From positions 32,001 to 96,000 of the forward strand of contig JAWAQR010000002.1 in assembly GCA_038893835.1 (NCBI GenBank): a DNA stretch of 64,000 nucleotides. The letters are read 5' to 3'. Position numbers and translations under genes: made by a program. This DNA comes from Archaeoglobaceae archaeon (lineage in GTDB: Archaea > Halobacteriota > Archaeoglobi > Archaeoglobales > Archaeoglobaceae). Shown piece by piece: positions 8,821-18,304 of this stretch (its first letter is position 1; each line of letters starts with the position of its first letter). The notes under the pieces were generated by a model. The model was not told the DNA's origin. It ran no database searches and worked only from the letters and a program-made list of their open reading frames with translations.

Positions 8821-9582
8821 ATGATCCTTAAGGAAAGAAAGGACACTGTGCAACTTTTAATTTTGACAGAGCTGATGCTAAATCCCGAGTGTAATCAGAG
8901 AGATATAGCGAGAAAACTAAATCTAACACCCCAAGCAATTTCTGAATACTTCAAAGAACTAGTTGCTGAGGGCTTTCTAAGGGTTATCCATCGCGGATAT
9001 TACGAAGTAACCAAGAAAGGAGAGGACTGGTTGACAAAAAATCTACTCGATTTACACTTATTTACAGAGGAAATGCTGAAGAAGATATATTCAAAGACAA
9101 TCGTCGCGATTGCAGTTGGGGACATCGAAGAAAATTCCAGCGTAAAATACTGGTTTGAAGATGGATTCATTTTTGCAAAAAAGGAGGAAAATGGAAATGG
9201 AATAGCTCTAACTTCTGCAAAAGATGGAGAAGATGTGCTTTTGAAACCAACAGGTAGCTTTGAGGCGCCACAAAAAGGGGAAGTAATAGTTGCAAAAGTC
9301 CCCGATGTCGTTGAAGGGGGAAGCAGAAAGGCTAAGATAGAGATGCTCAGAGAGCTGATAAAGAGCAGACAGAGAAGCATAGTTGTTGCAATTGGTGTAG
9401 AAGCTCTTATTTCCTGCAGAAAGGCTGGAGTTGAACCGATCTTTTTTGGTGCAAAAGATGTATGTGTTGAAGCGGCGCATCATGGATGTGGAGTAATAGT
9501 TGTTTGCACAGAGAGCAGAACAAACGATCTCCTCAGAACCCTCATCGAAGAAGGATTGAAGTTTGAAGTCAAAGATTTTTGA
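8821..9582 (+). CDS. Winged-helix transcriptional regulator (COG1497-like)
   Basis: N-terminal QRDIARKLNLTPQAISEYFKELV HTH; C-terminal EAAHHG domain; start placed at the ATG at 8821. Confidence 0.8.
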   Translation: MILKERKDTVQLLILTELMLNPECNQRDIARKLNLTPQAISEYFKELVAEGFLRVIHRGYYEVTKKGEDWLTKNLLDLHLFTEEMLKKIYSKTIVAIAVGDIEENSSVKYWFEDGFIFAKKEENGNGIALTSAKDGEDVLLKPTGSFEAPQKGEVIVAKVPDVVEGGSRKAKIEMLRELIKSRQRSIVVAIGVEALISCRKAGVEPIFFGAKDVCVEAAHHGCGVIVVCTESRTNDLLRTLIEEGLKFEVKDF

Positions 9583-10186
9583 GAAATATTATGTTCCCTC
9601 TCCCCTTTTTAACCTTCTCAATTAAACCCCTTTTTTCCAAGTCCGCAATTATAAGACTCATTTTCGCCTCGCTAAAGCCAAGTCTTTTTCTTAGATCTTT
9701 CTGAGTTATTCTGCCACCATTTGCTTTTATCACATCTATTACAACTTTCAAATCTTCTGGTAAGATTTCCTCTTTCCTCTTTTTTAATTTATTTTTTTTC
9801 AGAAAGTAGATGGCAAGGATTCCAGAAAGACTGAGAATTGCAACGAAAAGGCTATGGTCCTCCTCTACCACTGGCATTTGAGGAACTTCTTCATAAAGCT
9901 TTAGTTCTGGGAATAAGATTAAATCGAAACGAACATTTCCTTCAACGCTAACGTTCTCTAAAGCGATTAAGTCTCCAATTTTTGCAAAAATCGTATAATT
10001 TCCTGGTTTTACTTCGAAATAATAGCTACCATTTAATGTAACCATTTTTTGCTCGACTCCATTTCTTATCGTCACTATCGCCTCAGTTGGCTCCAGAGTG
10101 TCCCAGCGATAAACTACCCCATATATCGAATCCGCAATTGCAGGGGAAGTAAGGAGAAGTAGAGATAGAAGGATCATCACCCTCAA
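9569..10186 (-). CDS. Membrane-anchored protein with exported beta domain and cytoplasmic wHTH (COG2512-like)
   Basis: Signal peptide, beta-rich domain, TM helix LFVAILSLSGILAIYFL, then ITQKDLRKRLGFSEAKMSLIIADLE...KKGRGN. Confidence 0.8.
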   Translation of the reverse strand: MRVMILLSLLLLTSPAIADSIYGVVYRWDTLEPTEAIVTIRNGVEQKMVTLNGSYYFEVKPGNYTIFAKIGDLIALENVSVEGNVRFDLILFPELKLYEEVPQMPVVEEDHSLFVAILSLSGILAIYFLKKNKLKKRKEEILPEDLKVVIDVIKANGGRITQKDLRKRLGFSEAKMSLIIADLEKRGLIEKVKKGRGNIIFLKNL

Positions 10187-10923
10187 ATGAGATCCCTCAC
10201 CTTGGGAATTGGTGGCAACATTCTTTTGTGTTCAGAGGCTTTTATTAGGTTCATAACTCTCTGAAACTTTTCATCTTTCCTTTCAATCCCTTTCTCAATC
10301 TCCTTCAGTATTTCATCCAGTTCATAGTAACTCATCCCAATCTCCTCCTCATCTGTTTGCCCAACGTAAAGTCCTGCGGTTGGCCTCTTCTTTATTATCC
10401 TCTCTGGTACGCCTAAATATCTCGCAAATTCAAAGATCTCTGTCTTATAAAGATCGCCGATTGGTTGAAAATCAACACCACCGTCACCAAATTTCGTGAA
10501 ATATCCAATCATGATCTCGCTTTTGTTTCCAGTTCCAGCTACGAGTCTGCGGAGCTTGTTTGCATAGAAATAGTTAATGATCATCCTTATCCTAGGTTTT
10601 AAATTTATAACAGCATTTTTATTTTCTCCAAGAATATCTAGGAATAATTTTACAATTGGACTTATCTCAATAATATTATATTCAATTCCAAGTTTTTTTG
10701 CCACAAGTAAAGCATCTTCAAGATCCTCCTTCATCGTTACCCCTTTTTCTGGCATGATATTTGCCAGAACTTTTTCCCTGCCGAGCGCTTTGGTACAGAG
10801 AAAAGCCACAACTGCACTGTCAATTCCACCGCTTAGACCAAGTACGACTCCAGTTGAATTGGATTTTTCAACTTGTTCGCGGATGAAGTTTGTAATTCTC
10901 TCTTCTATCGCTCTAAAGTTCAT
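10183..10923 (-). CDS. nadE: NH3-dependent NAD+ synthetase
   Basis: GLSGGIDS, NLKPRIRM, GTGNKSE, GYFTKFGDG, PTAGL, HKR. Confidence 0.97.
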   Translation of the reverse strand: MNFRAIEERITNFIREQVEKSNSTGVVLGLSGGIDSAVVAFLCTKALGREKVLANIMPEKGVTMKEDLEDALLVAKKLGIEYNIIEISPIVKLFLDILGENKNAVINLKPRIRMIINYFYANKLRRLVAGTGNKSEIMIGYFTKFGDGGVDFQPIGDLYKTEIFEFARYLGVPERIIKKRPTAGLYVGQTDEEEIGMSYYELDEILKEIEKGIERKDEKFQRVMNLIKASEHKRMLPPIPKVRDLI

Positions 10924-11046
10924 GAATTGAGCTCTCTTTGTGAAATTTAAGTTTTACTAGTAGCTGAATTACCAAATTATTTCATCAAGCTCTTTAGCAT
11001 TATTTACTCAACAGAAGATATTTATTTTCCGAGTATACTGATTTTT

Positions 11047-11118
11047 GCCCCCGTGGGGTAGCGGAGATCCTTGAGGCCTTCGGAGCCTCAGACCCGGGTT
11101 CGATTCCCGGCGGGGGCG
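11047..11118 (+). tRNA. tRNA-Arg(TCG)
   Basis: Acceptor GCCCCCG/CGGGGGC, anticodon arm GAGGC-CT-TCG-GA-GCCTC, GGTTCGATTCC T-arm; T-run downstream. Confidence 0.95.
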
Positions 11119-11280
11119 TTTTTGGCTTTTGCTTTCTAAAGCCTTTTTCTCTTATAAGAGGTGTTTACTATCAGACTTTGTTCTAATATTCGCTTTTGTG
11201 CTTGGCGATATCGTTGTGGGGCAAAAAGAAGAAATTCAGTCGTTAGTAGAAGCTGAGCTGGAAGCTCGGATACAGATCGT

Positions 11281-11426
11281 GGAATAAACTGGAAGGATTT
11301 CTTCTTCAGAAACCAAGCATTAAGTAGCCTTTCATTGCAAAAGCCATTGCAAGGTTAACAGTTACCGTGCTTTTCCCAACATCCCTTGCCACTTATCACC
11401 ACAATTTTAGGCTTAATTTTGCCCAT
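11281..11426 (-). pseudogene. Frameshifted, deleted relic of a Mrp/NBP35 (ApbC/MinD-like) P-loop ATPase
   Basis: MGKIKPKIVVISGKG|frameshift|VGKSTVTVNLAMAFAMKGY, then the fragments MLG and VSEEEILPV; no intact ORF. Confidence 0.8.
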
Positions 11427-11436
11427 CCACTTCTTG

Positions 11437-11703
11437 TTATCCTTCCTTCTCTCTCAGTTCTTTAATCCTTCTCTCCAATTCCTTAAGCTCTTCTTCGATG
11501 CTCTCCTTCTGGGCTTCAAGTTTCTTTCTGTATTCCTCCAATGCAGAAATTTCTTCTTTTGGTGAAGCACTTAAATTCCAAAAATGCCTTTTAATTAAAT
11601 ACCTGCAGAAGCATTTGCCATAATACCATCCTGGTCTCTCCCAAGGGGGAAGATGGCTAAAAGGTCCAAATCCCGGCCATTTTTTGATCCATCTTCGAGG
11701 CAT
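11437..11703 (-). CDS. DUF5320-like small protein
   Basis: WPGFGPFSHLPPWERPGW motif plus C-terminal coiled coil; AGGTGG RBS before the ATG at 11703. Confidence 0.75.
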   Translation of the reverse strand: MPRRWIKKWPGFGPFSHLPPWERPGWYYGKCFCRYLIKRHFWNLSASPKEEISALEEYRKKLEAQKESIEEELKELERRIKELREKEG

Positions 11704-11768
11704 AACACCACCTAATTTTGTGCTTATGCACAAATTTTTGGCAAGGCATATAAGCTTTACTTAAAGCA

Positions 11769-12104
11769 TTGTTCGTGTGGCAAAGAAGGCATAGATGTGG
11801 AAAGCGTGGTAGATGCCCAAAGCCTGTGATGCTCGACTCATTTCCAACAATTCAGGACCTCATACCCGCTCCGCTGGTGAATTCAGAACCAGTTTTTCTT
11901 GATCTTGCAGAATTTGAAGTTCTAAGACTGATCGAACTCGAGGATCTTTCTCAGGAAGAGGCTGGAAAAAGAATGGGCGTCTCAAGGGGTACAGTATGGA
12001 GACTGCTCAAAAGTGGTAGAAAAAAGCTCGTAAAAGCGTTGGTTGAAGGAAGACCTATAAAAATTGTCCACGGGAGCTTGGAGAATTCAGAAGAAAAATT
12101 TTGA
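11769..12104 (+). CDS. DUF134 (UPF0251) HTH protein
   Basis: GRCPKP..., EFEVLRLIELEDLSQEEAGKRMGVSRGTVWRLL..GRKKLVKALVEG. Confidence 0.88.
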   Translation: MFVWQRRHRCGKRGRCPKPVMLDSFPTIQDLIPAPLVNSEPVFLDLAEFEVLRLIELEDLSQEEAGKRMGVSRGTVWRLLKSGRKKLVKALVEGRPIKIVHGSLENSEEKF

Positions 12105-12332
12105 GAATCTAACATTTTTAGAAATACCTTATATGTTTCAAATTGACTTCTTTTATAATTAGACTACAAAACTTTTCGCCATTTTGGGAGTTATACAGTG
12201 GGTTTTGCAGTAGAATGAAGTTACAGTTTATGTTTTCAAGAATGGATTTATTGTAGACTGGTTCTTTGTAATTGCAATCCCCGAAAATTCTGTTGAGATG
12301 AAAGAGAAGTTAGAAGATGAGATCCCTTCAAT

Positions 12333-12470
12333 TTGCCAAGTATTGCTACACCTTCTGCGACCTCTTTTGCCTTAGCTCGGCTATTTAGCTTTACAACATT
12401 GACTTCAAACTTGGAAAGAAAGTGTTCAATTTCTTTTTTAGCATCGCTAAAGAATTTTATAAGTCAATCT
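12333..12470 (-). pseudogene. Possible C-terminal gene relic (DUF1464-like)
   Basis: Start-less frame IKFFSDAKKEIEHFLSKFEVNVVKLNSRAKAKEVAEGVAILG, preceded by RLT in another frame; family resemblance from memory only. Confidence 0.35.
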
Positions 12471-12478
12471 CCAAAATC

Positions 12479-13654
12479 TCAGCGAAGTTCGTCCCATTTC
12501 CTTTTTCTTCTAAACTTCAATCCCAAGAAAATAACTGCTATTGCCACAATTACTGCTCCAATTATGGCAAAGTGTTGGAGAGATAAACTTGGAATTGGGA
12601 TCCACAAACTCCGGAGTTTTTCTGCTTCAGAGTTGAGTAAGGATATGAAGTTTGTGAGCTTTGTGATCAAAGAAGTAGAGTTTACCTCTATCTTCCTCAA
12701 AGTCTCTATCGCTTTTGTAAACTCTTTCCTATCCATTAAGGATTCAACGCTCCTCATCAAATCCTTAAGGGCGCTGAATTCATTTTCAAGCGTTTTTTGC
12801 TCAATTGCGAGCTGCGTATAGTTGCTGTGAGTCTTAAGTTTTTCAAGCAAAACAGAAGAATTCATGAGCATTTTTTGGATTTCAGAAAGCTTTAAATTCA
12901 CTTTAGAGTATAGATCTTCTGCAATCTTTTTGTTTGTCAAATCTACGAGTTGATTTAATGAATTGTTCGCATCTAAAAGCTTCGCATTTGCATCTAAGAA
13001 CCTTTTAGCTATTAAATATGATTCTGCGGAATCTATTGTTCTTTTGACATTGTTAAAATCTTCCTCGTTGTAAAGGTTTTCAGCCCTTAGTTTTTGCTCC
13101 AACTCGCTCAGCTTCGCCCTTAAGGACTTTATGTCGTTCTTAAACGCATTTTCGTTTGCGACACAGATCTTTAATTCTGGAAGGGCATCTCTTTCACAAT
13201 CTTCGCAGCTCGCCTTAATGGCAGTGAAGTTGCAAAGCCTAACGCTACAAATCGGAACTATTGCAGTGAGATTTGCAGATATCTTTGCAATTCCCTTTAC
13301 TTCTCCCCCAATTGCAAAATACTTAGCTTCGATTGAGACTTCTTTACCACTCTTTTCCTCATCCCATACTCCGCCTTGATAATAATCGACAGCAAGTCTC
13401 CATAAAGCATCGTTTAGATCAGTTTTAAAATAATAAGACCTTGCATTAGCTTCTTCTCCACCTAAAAGAGGTCTGTAGGCAGAAGATTTTGGTAAAATTT
13501 CGTATTTTATGCTTATTTTTTCTCCACCTGTGAAACATTCCTCCTTTGGAGATATCTCGTATTCGACGGTAAAATGCTGACTCGACAAAGTTTCCAAAGC
13601 TAGGGATGGGAAAGTTAGGAGTACTAGAGCTGCTAACACTGCAACAGACCGCAT
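12479..13654 (-). CDS. Exported, C-terminally membrane-anchored coiled-coil protein
   Basis: Signal peptide, Cys-containing beta domain, long heptad region, C-terminal TM helix followed by RRKRK. Confidence 0.8.
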   Translation of the reverse strand: MRSVAVLAALVLLTFPSLALETLSSQHFTVEYEISPKEECFTGGEKISIKYEILPKSSAYRPLLGGEEANARSYYFKTDLNDALWRLAVDYYQGGVWDEEKSGKEVSIEAKYFAIGGEVKGIAKISANLTAIVPICSVRLCNFTAIKASCEDCERDALPELKICVANENAFKNDIKSLRAKLSELEQKLRAENLYNEEDFNNVKRTIDSAESYLIAKRFLDANAKLLDANNSLNQLVDLTNKKIAEDLYSKVNLKLSEIQKMLMNSSVLLEKLKTHSNYTQLAIEQKTLENEFSALKDLMRSVESLMDRKEFTKAIETLRKIEVNSTSLITKLTNFISLLNSEAEKLRSLWIPIPSLSLQHFAIIGAVIVAIAVIFLGLKFRRKRKWDELR

Positions 13655-13782
13655 ATTACGTTTTTTTCAACAGGAAATTTAAAATTTTCCAATGATCTTT
13701 CATAACATCAAGTCTTAATTCCAAGCGTTTCAGGCTGTGAATTTCAAGAGAATTTTTAAATTCCGAAATCCGATTTCGTGCC

Positions 13783-15363
13783 ATGAAAGTATTAGTAGCA
13801 GAACAGATCAGCGAAAGCGCGATAGAATTTATGAAAAGTAATGGACTTGAAGTTGATGTAAAACTAGGAATGAAAAAAAGTGATCTTCTAAATGTTATTC
13901 AAGATTACGATGCATTGATTGTAAGAAGTCAGTTAAAGGTAGATAAGGAGGTAATTGAAAAAGGAAAAAGACTCAAGATAATTGCAAGGGCTGGAGTAGG
14001 TGTAGATAACATCGATGTCGATGCAGCAACGCAGCGTGGGATTGTTGTGATCAACGCACCAGGTGGAAACACGGTTTCGACTGCAGAGCATGCAATAGCC
14101 TTAATGTTCGCAGTTGCCCGTAAAATACCACAGGCCTATCTTTCGATGAGAGGGGGTAAATGGGAGAGAAAAAAATTTGAGGGTATAGAATTAAGGGGAA
14201 AAACTGTTGGAATCATAGGTCTTGGAAGGGTTGGTTATGAGGTTGCGAAACGTTGTAAGGCTCTAGATATGAACGTGATAGCCTTTGATCCATATATCCC
14301 AGCTGAGAGAGCTCAAAAGATTGGTGTTAAACTTGTCGACTTGGATACGCTTTTGCGAGAATCGGATATAATCACAGTCCATGTCCCTAAGACAAAAGAA
14401 ACGGTCGGTCTAATAGGAAAGAGGGAAATAGAACTCATGAAGAATGGAGTAATCATAATAAACACAGCCAGAGGGGGAATAGTGAGTGAGGATGCGCTGA
14501 TAGAGGGATTGAGGAGTGGAAAGATATTTGGAGTTGGTTTAGACGTTTACGAAGTTGAACCGCCCAACTTTGAAAGTCCGCTTTTCAAATTCGAAAACGT
14601 CATAACAACCCCACACATTGCAGCTTCAACGAGAGAAGCACAGGAGAGTGTTGGAAGAATAATTGCAGAAGATATAGTCAATTTTGCAAAGGGGTTGCCT
14701 GCAAAGAATGCCATAAACCTACCGCCTATAGAGCCTTCAGAATTCGAATTCTTAATGCCTTACGCAATTCTCGCAGAAAAAATGGGTAAAATAGCCAGCG
14801 CTAGACTTGGTGGAGTTATAAGGAGAGTAAAAATGATTTTTAGCGGAAAAATAGCTGAAAAGAATACTGAATTCATCGTAAGATCGCTTTTAAAGGGATT
14901 GCTTGAAAGAACTCTGGGAATGGGTATAAACTTAGTATCGGCAAGAAGTATAGCTGAGGAAAGAGGAATAAAAGTTGAAATTTCGCTTGGCAAAAGCGAG
15001 TATTATGAAAGTTTGTTGGAAGTTGAGGTTGAGACTGAAAAAGGAAAGATTTACTTCGCTGGGACTTGTTTTGGGAAGGAATACAGACTTCTGAAAATAG
15101 ATGTCTATCATGTCAATTTCATTCCAAAAGGGCATTACATAATATCCCTGCACGAAGACAAGCCAGGAGTCATAGGGAGAGTTGGAACTTTATTTGGTAA
15201 GAACAACATAAACATCGCCGGAATGATAGTAGGTAGAAGTGGTGACAAGCCTGGAGGGGTGCAGTTAATGCTCCTACTCGTCGATGATCCTCCAAGTGAA
15301 GAAGTGCTGAGAGAAATGACAAGGCTGGATGGCATCATAGATGCAACCTATGTCGAGCTGTGA
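13783..15363 (+). CDS. serA: D-3-phosphoglycerate dehydrogenase
   Basis: RAGVGVDNID, GLGRVG, NTARGG, TPHIAAST, C-terminal ACT domain (DKPGVIG). Confidence 0.97.
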   Translation: MKVLVAEQISESAIEFMKSNGLEVDVKLGMKKSDLLNVIQDYDALIVRSQLKVDKEVIEKGKRLKIIARAGVGVDNIDVDAATQRGIVVINAPGGNTVSTAEHAIALMFAVARKIPQAYLSMRGGKWERKKFEGIELRGKTVGIIGLGRVGYEVAKRCKALDMNVIAFDPYIPAERAQKIGVKLVDLDTLLRESDIITVHVPKTKETVGLIGKREIELMKNGVIIINTARGGIVSEDALIEGLRSGKIFGVGLDVYEVEPPNFESPLFKFENVITTPHIAASTREAQESVGRIIAEDIVNFAKGLPAKNAINLPPIEPSEFEFLMPYAILAEKMGKIASARLGGVIRRVKMIFSGKIAEKNTEFIVRSLLKGLLERTLGMGINLVSARSIAEERGIKVEISLGKSEYYESLLEVEVETEKGKIYFAGTCFGKEYRLLKIDVYHVNFIPKGHYIISLHEDKPGVIGRVGTLFGKNNINIAGMIVGRSGDKPGGVQLMLLLVDDPPSEEVLREMTRLDGIIDATYVEL

Positions 15364-15364
15364 A

Positions 15365-15985
15365 ATGTACAAAGCAGAGCTCCACGTTCATTCGAATTTC
15401 AGCGATGGAAGGGATAGTGTAAGAAAATTGCTTGAAGAGGCTTTGAGAAAAAGGATCGAACTGATTTCAATAACGGACCACAACACGATTCAAGGATCGC
15501 TCGAAGCCATGGACATCGTGATCGAGGAAAAAATACCCATTGTGGTCATACCTGGGATAGAAGTGTCAACTTCTACAGGTCATCTGCTCGTGTTCGGGCT
15601 AGTTAAAGATATAGAGCCTGGGCTTTCTATGAGGGAAACGTGTGGAATTGCGAAATCCCTTGATTGCATAACTGCGTTAGCTCATCCATTTGACATCTTT
15701 CGTAAAGGGAGTTTAAAGATTGAAGATTTTAAGATCGTCGATTGCGTCGAGGTTTTCAATGCGAAGAGCTATTTTAATTTCCTTGCAAAAAGATATGCAG
15801 AGAAATTTGGAAAAAGAGGCATTGGTGGAAGCGATGCGCATGCAGCAAATCAGATAGGTTTAGTCGTGAATTACCTTGAAATTCCCGAAAAAAATGCAAT
15901 TCTTAAAGCTTTCTTTGATGGAAGAAAGCAGAGAATCAGGGAAAGAGTGATTTCTCTACTATCTCGGATAAATCCAAAACCTTGA
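15365..15985 (+). CDS. PHP-domain metal-dependent phosphoesterase
   Basis: ELHVHS..SDG, ITDHN, GIEVS, AHP, GGSDAH. Confidence 0.92.
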   Translation: MYKAELHVHSNFSDGRDSVRKLLEEALRKRIELISITDHNTIQGSLEAMDIVIEEKIPIVVIPGIEVSTSTGHLLVFGLVKDIEPGLSMRETCGIAKSLDCITALAHPFDIFRKGSLKIEDFKIVDCVEVFNAKSYFNFLAKRYAEKFGKRGIGGSDAHAANQIGLVVNYLEIPEKNAILKAFFDGRKQRIRERVISLLSRINPKP

Positions 15986-16994
15986 TCCTACCTCCACCAG
16001 TTCTGGAAAAGTTATACTCGCAGAATGGACAGGAAGTTATAACAACATTCGTTCCCGTCGAAAGGATTTCTCTTATTCTTTCTTCACAGATCGCAATTGA
16101 GATGTCCTTGAACTGACTCCTCAAACCCCCTCCTGCCCCACAACACAGAGAGAATTCTCTATTTCTTTCCATCTCGATCAGTTTTATCCCAACTTTTCTT
16201 ATGACTTTCCTCGGTTCCTCATAAATTCCCATATGTCTCCCTAGATGACATGGGTCGTGATAAGTTGCGATAAGATCTAATTTTCCCTCCACGAGCTCTG
16301 CAAAGACTGAAGAAATATGTTTGACTTCGAAATTGAACTCGTAACCTAGTTCTCTGGCAAATATGGGATAATCCTTAGAAATCGTCTTATAGCAACCAGG
16401 ACAGGAAGTTATTATCTCCTCTATTCCAGCCTTTTCCCAGACATGAATGTTCTTTTTGAAAAGATATCTTCCAACATCCCTTTGTCCAGTCCTCAAAAAT
16501 AGTGAACCGCAGCAGAATTCTGAAGAGCCGAGAATGGTGAATTCCACTCCTAGCTTTCTCAAAGCATTTGCAGAAGCTTTTGCTATGTTTTGAAGCTTAT
16601 AACTCGCAGTACATCCAGCGAAGTAAAGGATTTTAGATTTTTTAACTTTAAAATCTAGCCATTCAGCTCTTTTCTCTGGATTGCCACCGTATGGATTATA
16701 ATCCCTTAAAGTCATATCTCTAAGCTTCTTGTGAATCGGCAAAGGTGCAAATTTTCTTTCCACCAGTTCTTCTCTCTTTTTTTCCCAAAATTCTGTGAGA
16801 CGAAGATTTACTGGGCAAATAATTTCGCATAAACCACATATACTGCACTTAAAGAAATCTTTAACCATTCTAGCATCTATTTTCACATTTTTATTGAAAA
16901 TAGATATTTTTCCTCTTGGCGATACAGATTCAATTTTTTCAACTCTGAAAACCGGACAAATGTTACAGAGACCGCATTTTATGCATTCAGCCAT
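15936..16994 (-). CDS. Fe-S oxidoreductase with 2x[4Fe-4S] and two CCG domains (GlpC/HdrD-like)
   Basis: CIKCGLCNICP, CSICGLCEIICP, FAGC, CCG, YHDPCHL, CCGAGGG, SCPFC. Confidence 0.9.
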   Translation of the reverse strand: MAECIKCGLCNICPVFRVEKIESVSPRGKISIFNKNVKIDARMVKDFFKCSICGLCEIICPVNLRLTEFWEKKREELVERKFAPLPIHKKLRDMTLRDYNPYGGNPEKRAEWLDFKVKKSKILYFAGCTASYKLQNIAKASANALRKLGVEFTILGSSEFCCGSLFLRTGQRDVGRYLFKKNIHVWEKAGIEEIITSCPGCYKTISKDYPIFARELGYEFNFEVKHISSVFAELVEGKLDLIATYHDPCHLGRHMGIYEEPRKVIRKVGIKLIEMERNREFSLCCGAGGGLRSQFKDISIAICEERIREILSTGTNVVITSCPFCEYNFSRTGGGRIKVLDLSEIVEKSLFP

Positions 16995-18214
16995 AAAAAT
17001 CTCTCTAAAATGGAAATTGTGATAGAGAACGCATTCCAGCCAATTTTCCCTGGATTTAAAAGGTTCTTTGGATCAACTCTCCTCTTATATCTCCTTAATT
17101 CTTCGTCACATTTGTGTGAAAAAAACATTCCTTTAGCGTAAACTTCCCCACCCAGCTTTTCGGCAATCTTGACGAGCTTTAGAGCTTTCAGCATATTCCC
17201 ATAACTGGCGCTGAAAGTGGAAATGAAGACGACACAATCTCGAGTGAACACAGCTTCAACACCTTCTGAAATATTTCTAGCATAGTTAAAGAATTCTTCT
17301 GCCTTCTCATACGGAACACATGTTTCTGAGAATATTTTCTTTTTTCTTTCAACAATTTTAAGCGGAGTAAGTCTTTTTCTCCACAATTCCTCTCCCATTT
17401 CATTGTTCTCACCATTTTCTGAACAGATTAGAAGAGTATCTCCAAGCTTGTATCCCTCAAGTCTTAGGTACTTTGAATCCTTAAAGCTTGCATGATATGC
17501 GTTTTTGATTTTTGAAATAGCTTCCTTAAAACTACTCTCTATCGCCAAACTAGAGATTTCAGAGTTTTTTCTAAGCTTTATACAAGCCTTTGTGATCAAG
17601 CCAGTAGCGCCAGAGGCTCCAACGTAGTACTTTAACTCATCTCCCTTAACGATCTTTACACCCTCAAAATCCACAACTTCTAACCATTCAACGTTATCCT
17701 TTATACCCCCATACCTCAAACTTCCAATCCCAAATCCACCCTGCGCAATCCAGCCACCAACAGTTGAGACTAACGCACTAGTTGGATAAATTCGAAGTGC
17801 TTCCCCTCTTTTTCTCGCCTCTCTTTCTATATCTATCCAAATTGCCCCGCTTTCCGCAATCACCTTGCCATCCTGAAATTCGAATCTTGACATTTTTTTA
17901 AAGTCGACGATTACGCAGCTTTTAAGAGGAACGCTTCCACCGTAAGCAGAAGTTGCCGAGCCCCTAGGGACCAGCGGTATTTCATATCTCTCACAAAGTT
18001 TAAGTATCTGCAAGAGATCTTCGACAGAACTTGGCTGCACGACGATTACAGGTTTTTTTATGAAGCTTGAAAATAACTTCGGAATGAAAGAAAAATCATA
18101 GCAATAAATCTTTAAAATTTCCGGGTGATCCTCAACCTTCCCTAGCTTCGAGAAGATTTCTCTAAATCCCACAAGTTTTGTAGTCTTAACATTAAATAAC
18201 TTTTTGCATAACAA
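16979..18214 (-). CDS. FAD-binding oxidoreductase (GlcD/Dld-like)
   Basis: PRGSATSAYGG, PTS..STVGGWI, G.GSLRYG, GATGLIT, DPKNLLNPGK; start uncertain. Confidence 0.88.
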   Translation of the reverse strand: MLCKKLFNVKTTKLVGFREIFSKLGKVEDHPEILKIYCYDFSFIPKLFSSFIKKPVIVVQPSSVEDLLQILKLCERYEIPLVPRGSATSAYGGSVPLKSCVIVDFKKMSRFEFQDGKVIAESGAIWIDIEREARKRGEALRIYPTSALVSTVGGWIAQGGFGIGSLRYGGIKDNVEWLEVVDFEGVKIVKGDELKYYVGASGATGLITKACIKLRKNSEISSLAIESSFKEAISKIKNAYHASFKDSKYLRLEGYKLGDTLLICSENGENNEMGEELWRKRLTPLKIVERKKKIFSETCVPYEKAEEFFNYARNISEGVEAVFTRDCVVFISTFSASYGNMLKALKLVKIAEKLGGEVYAKGMFFSHKCDEELRRYKRRVDPKNLLNPGKIGWNAFSITISILERFLWLNA

Positions 18215-18304
18215 TAAAAAATTAAAAAAGTTTATTAACTATTAACAAAATCGTCTAAATGACACAAACGAAAAATTTATATTGCTACTTTGAAACTAAC
18301 TGAC

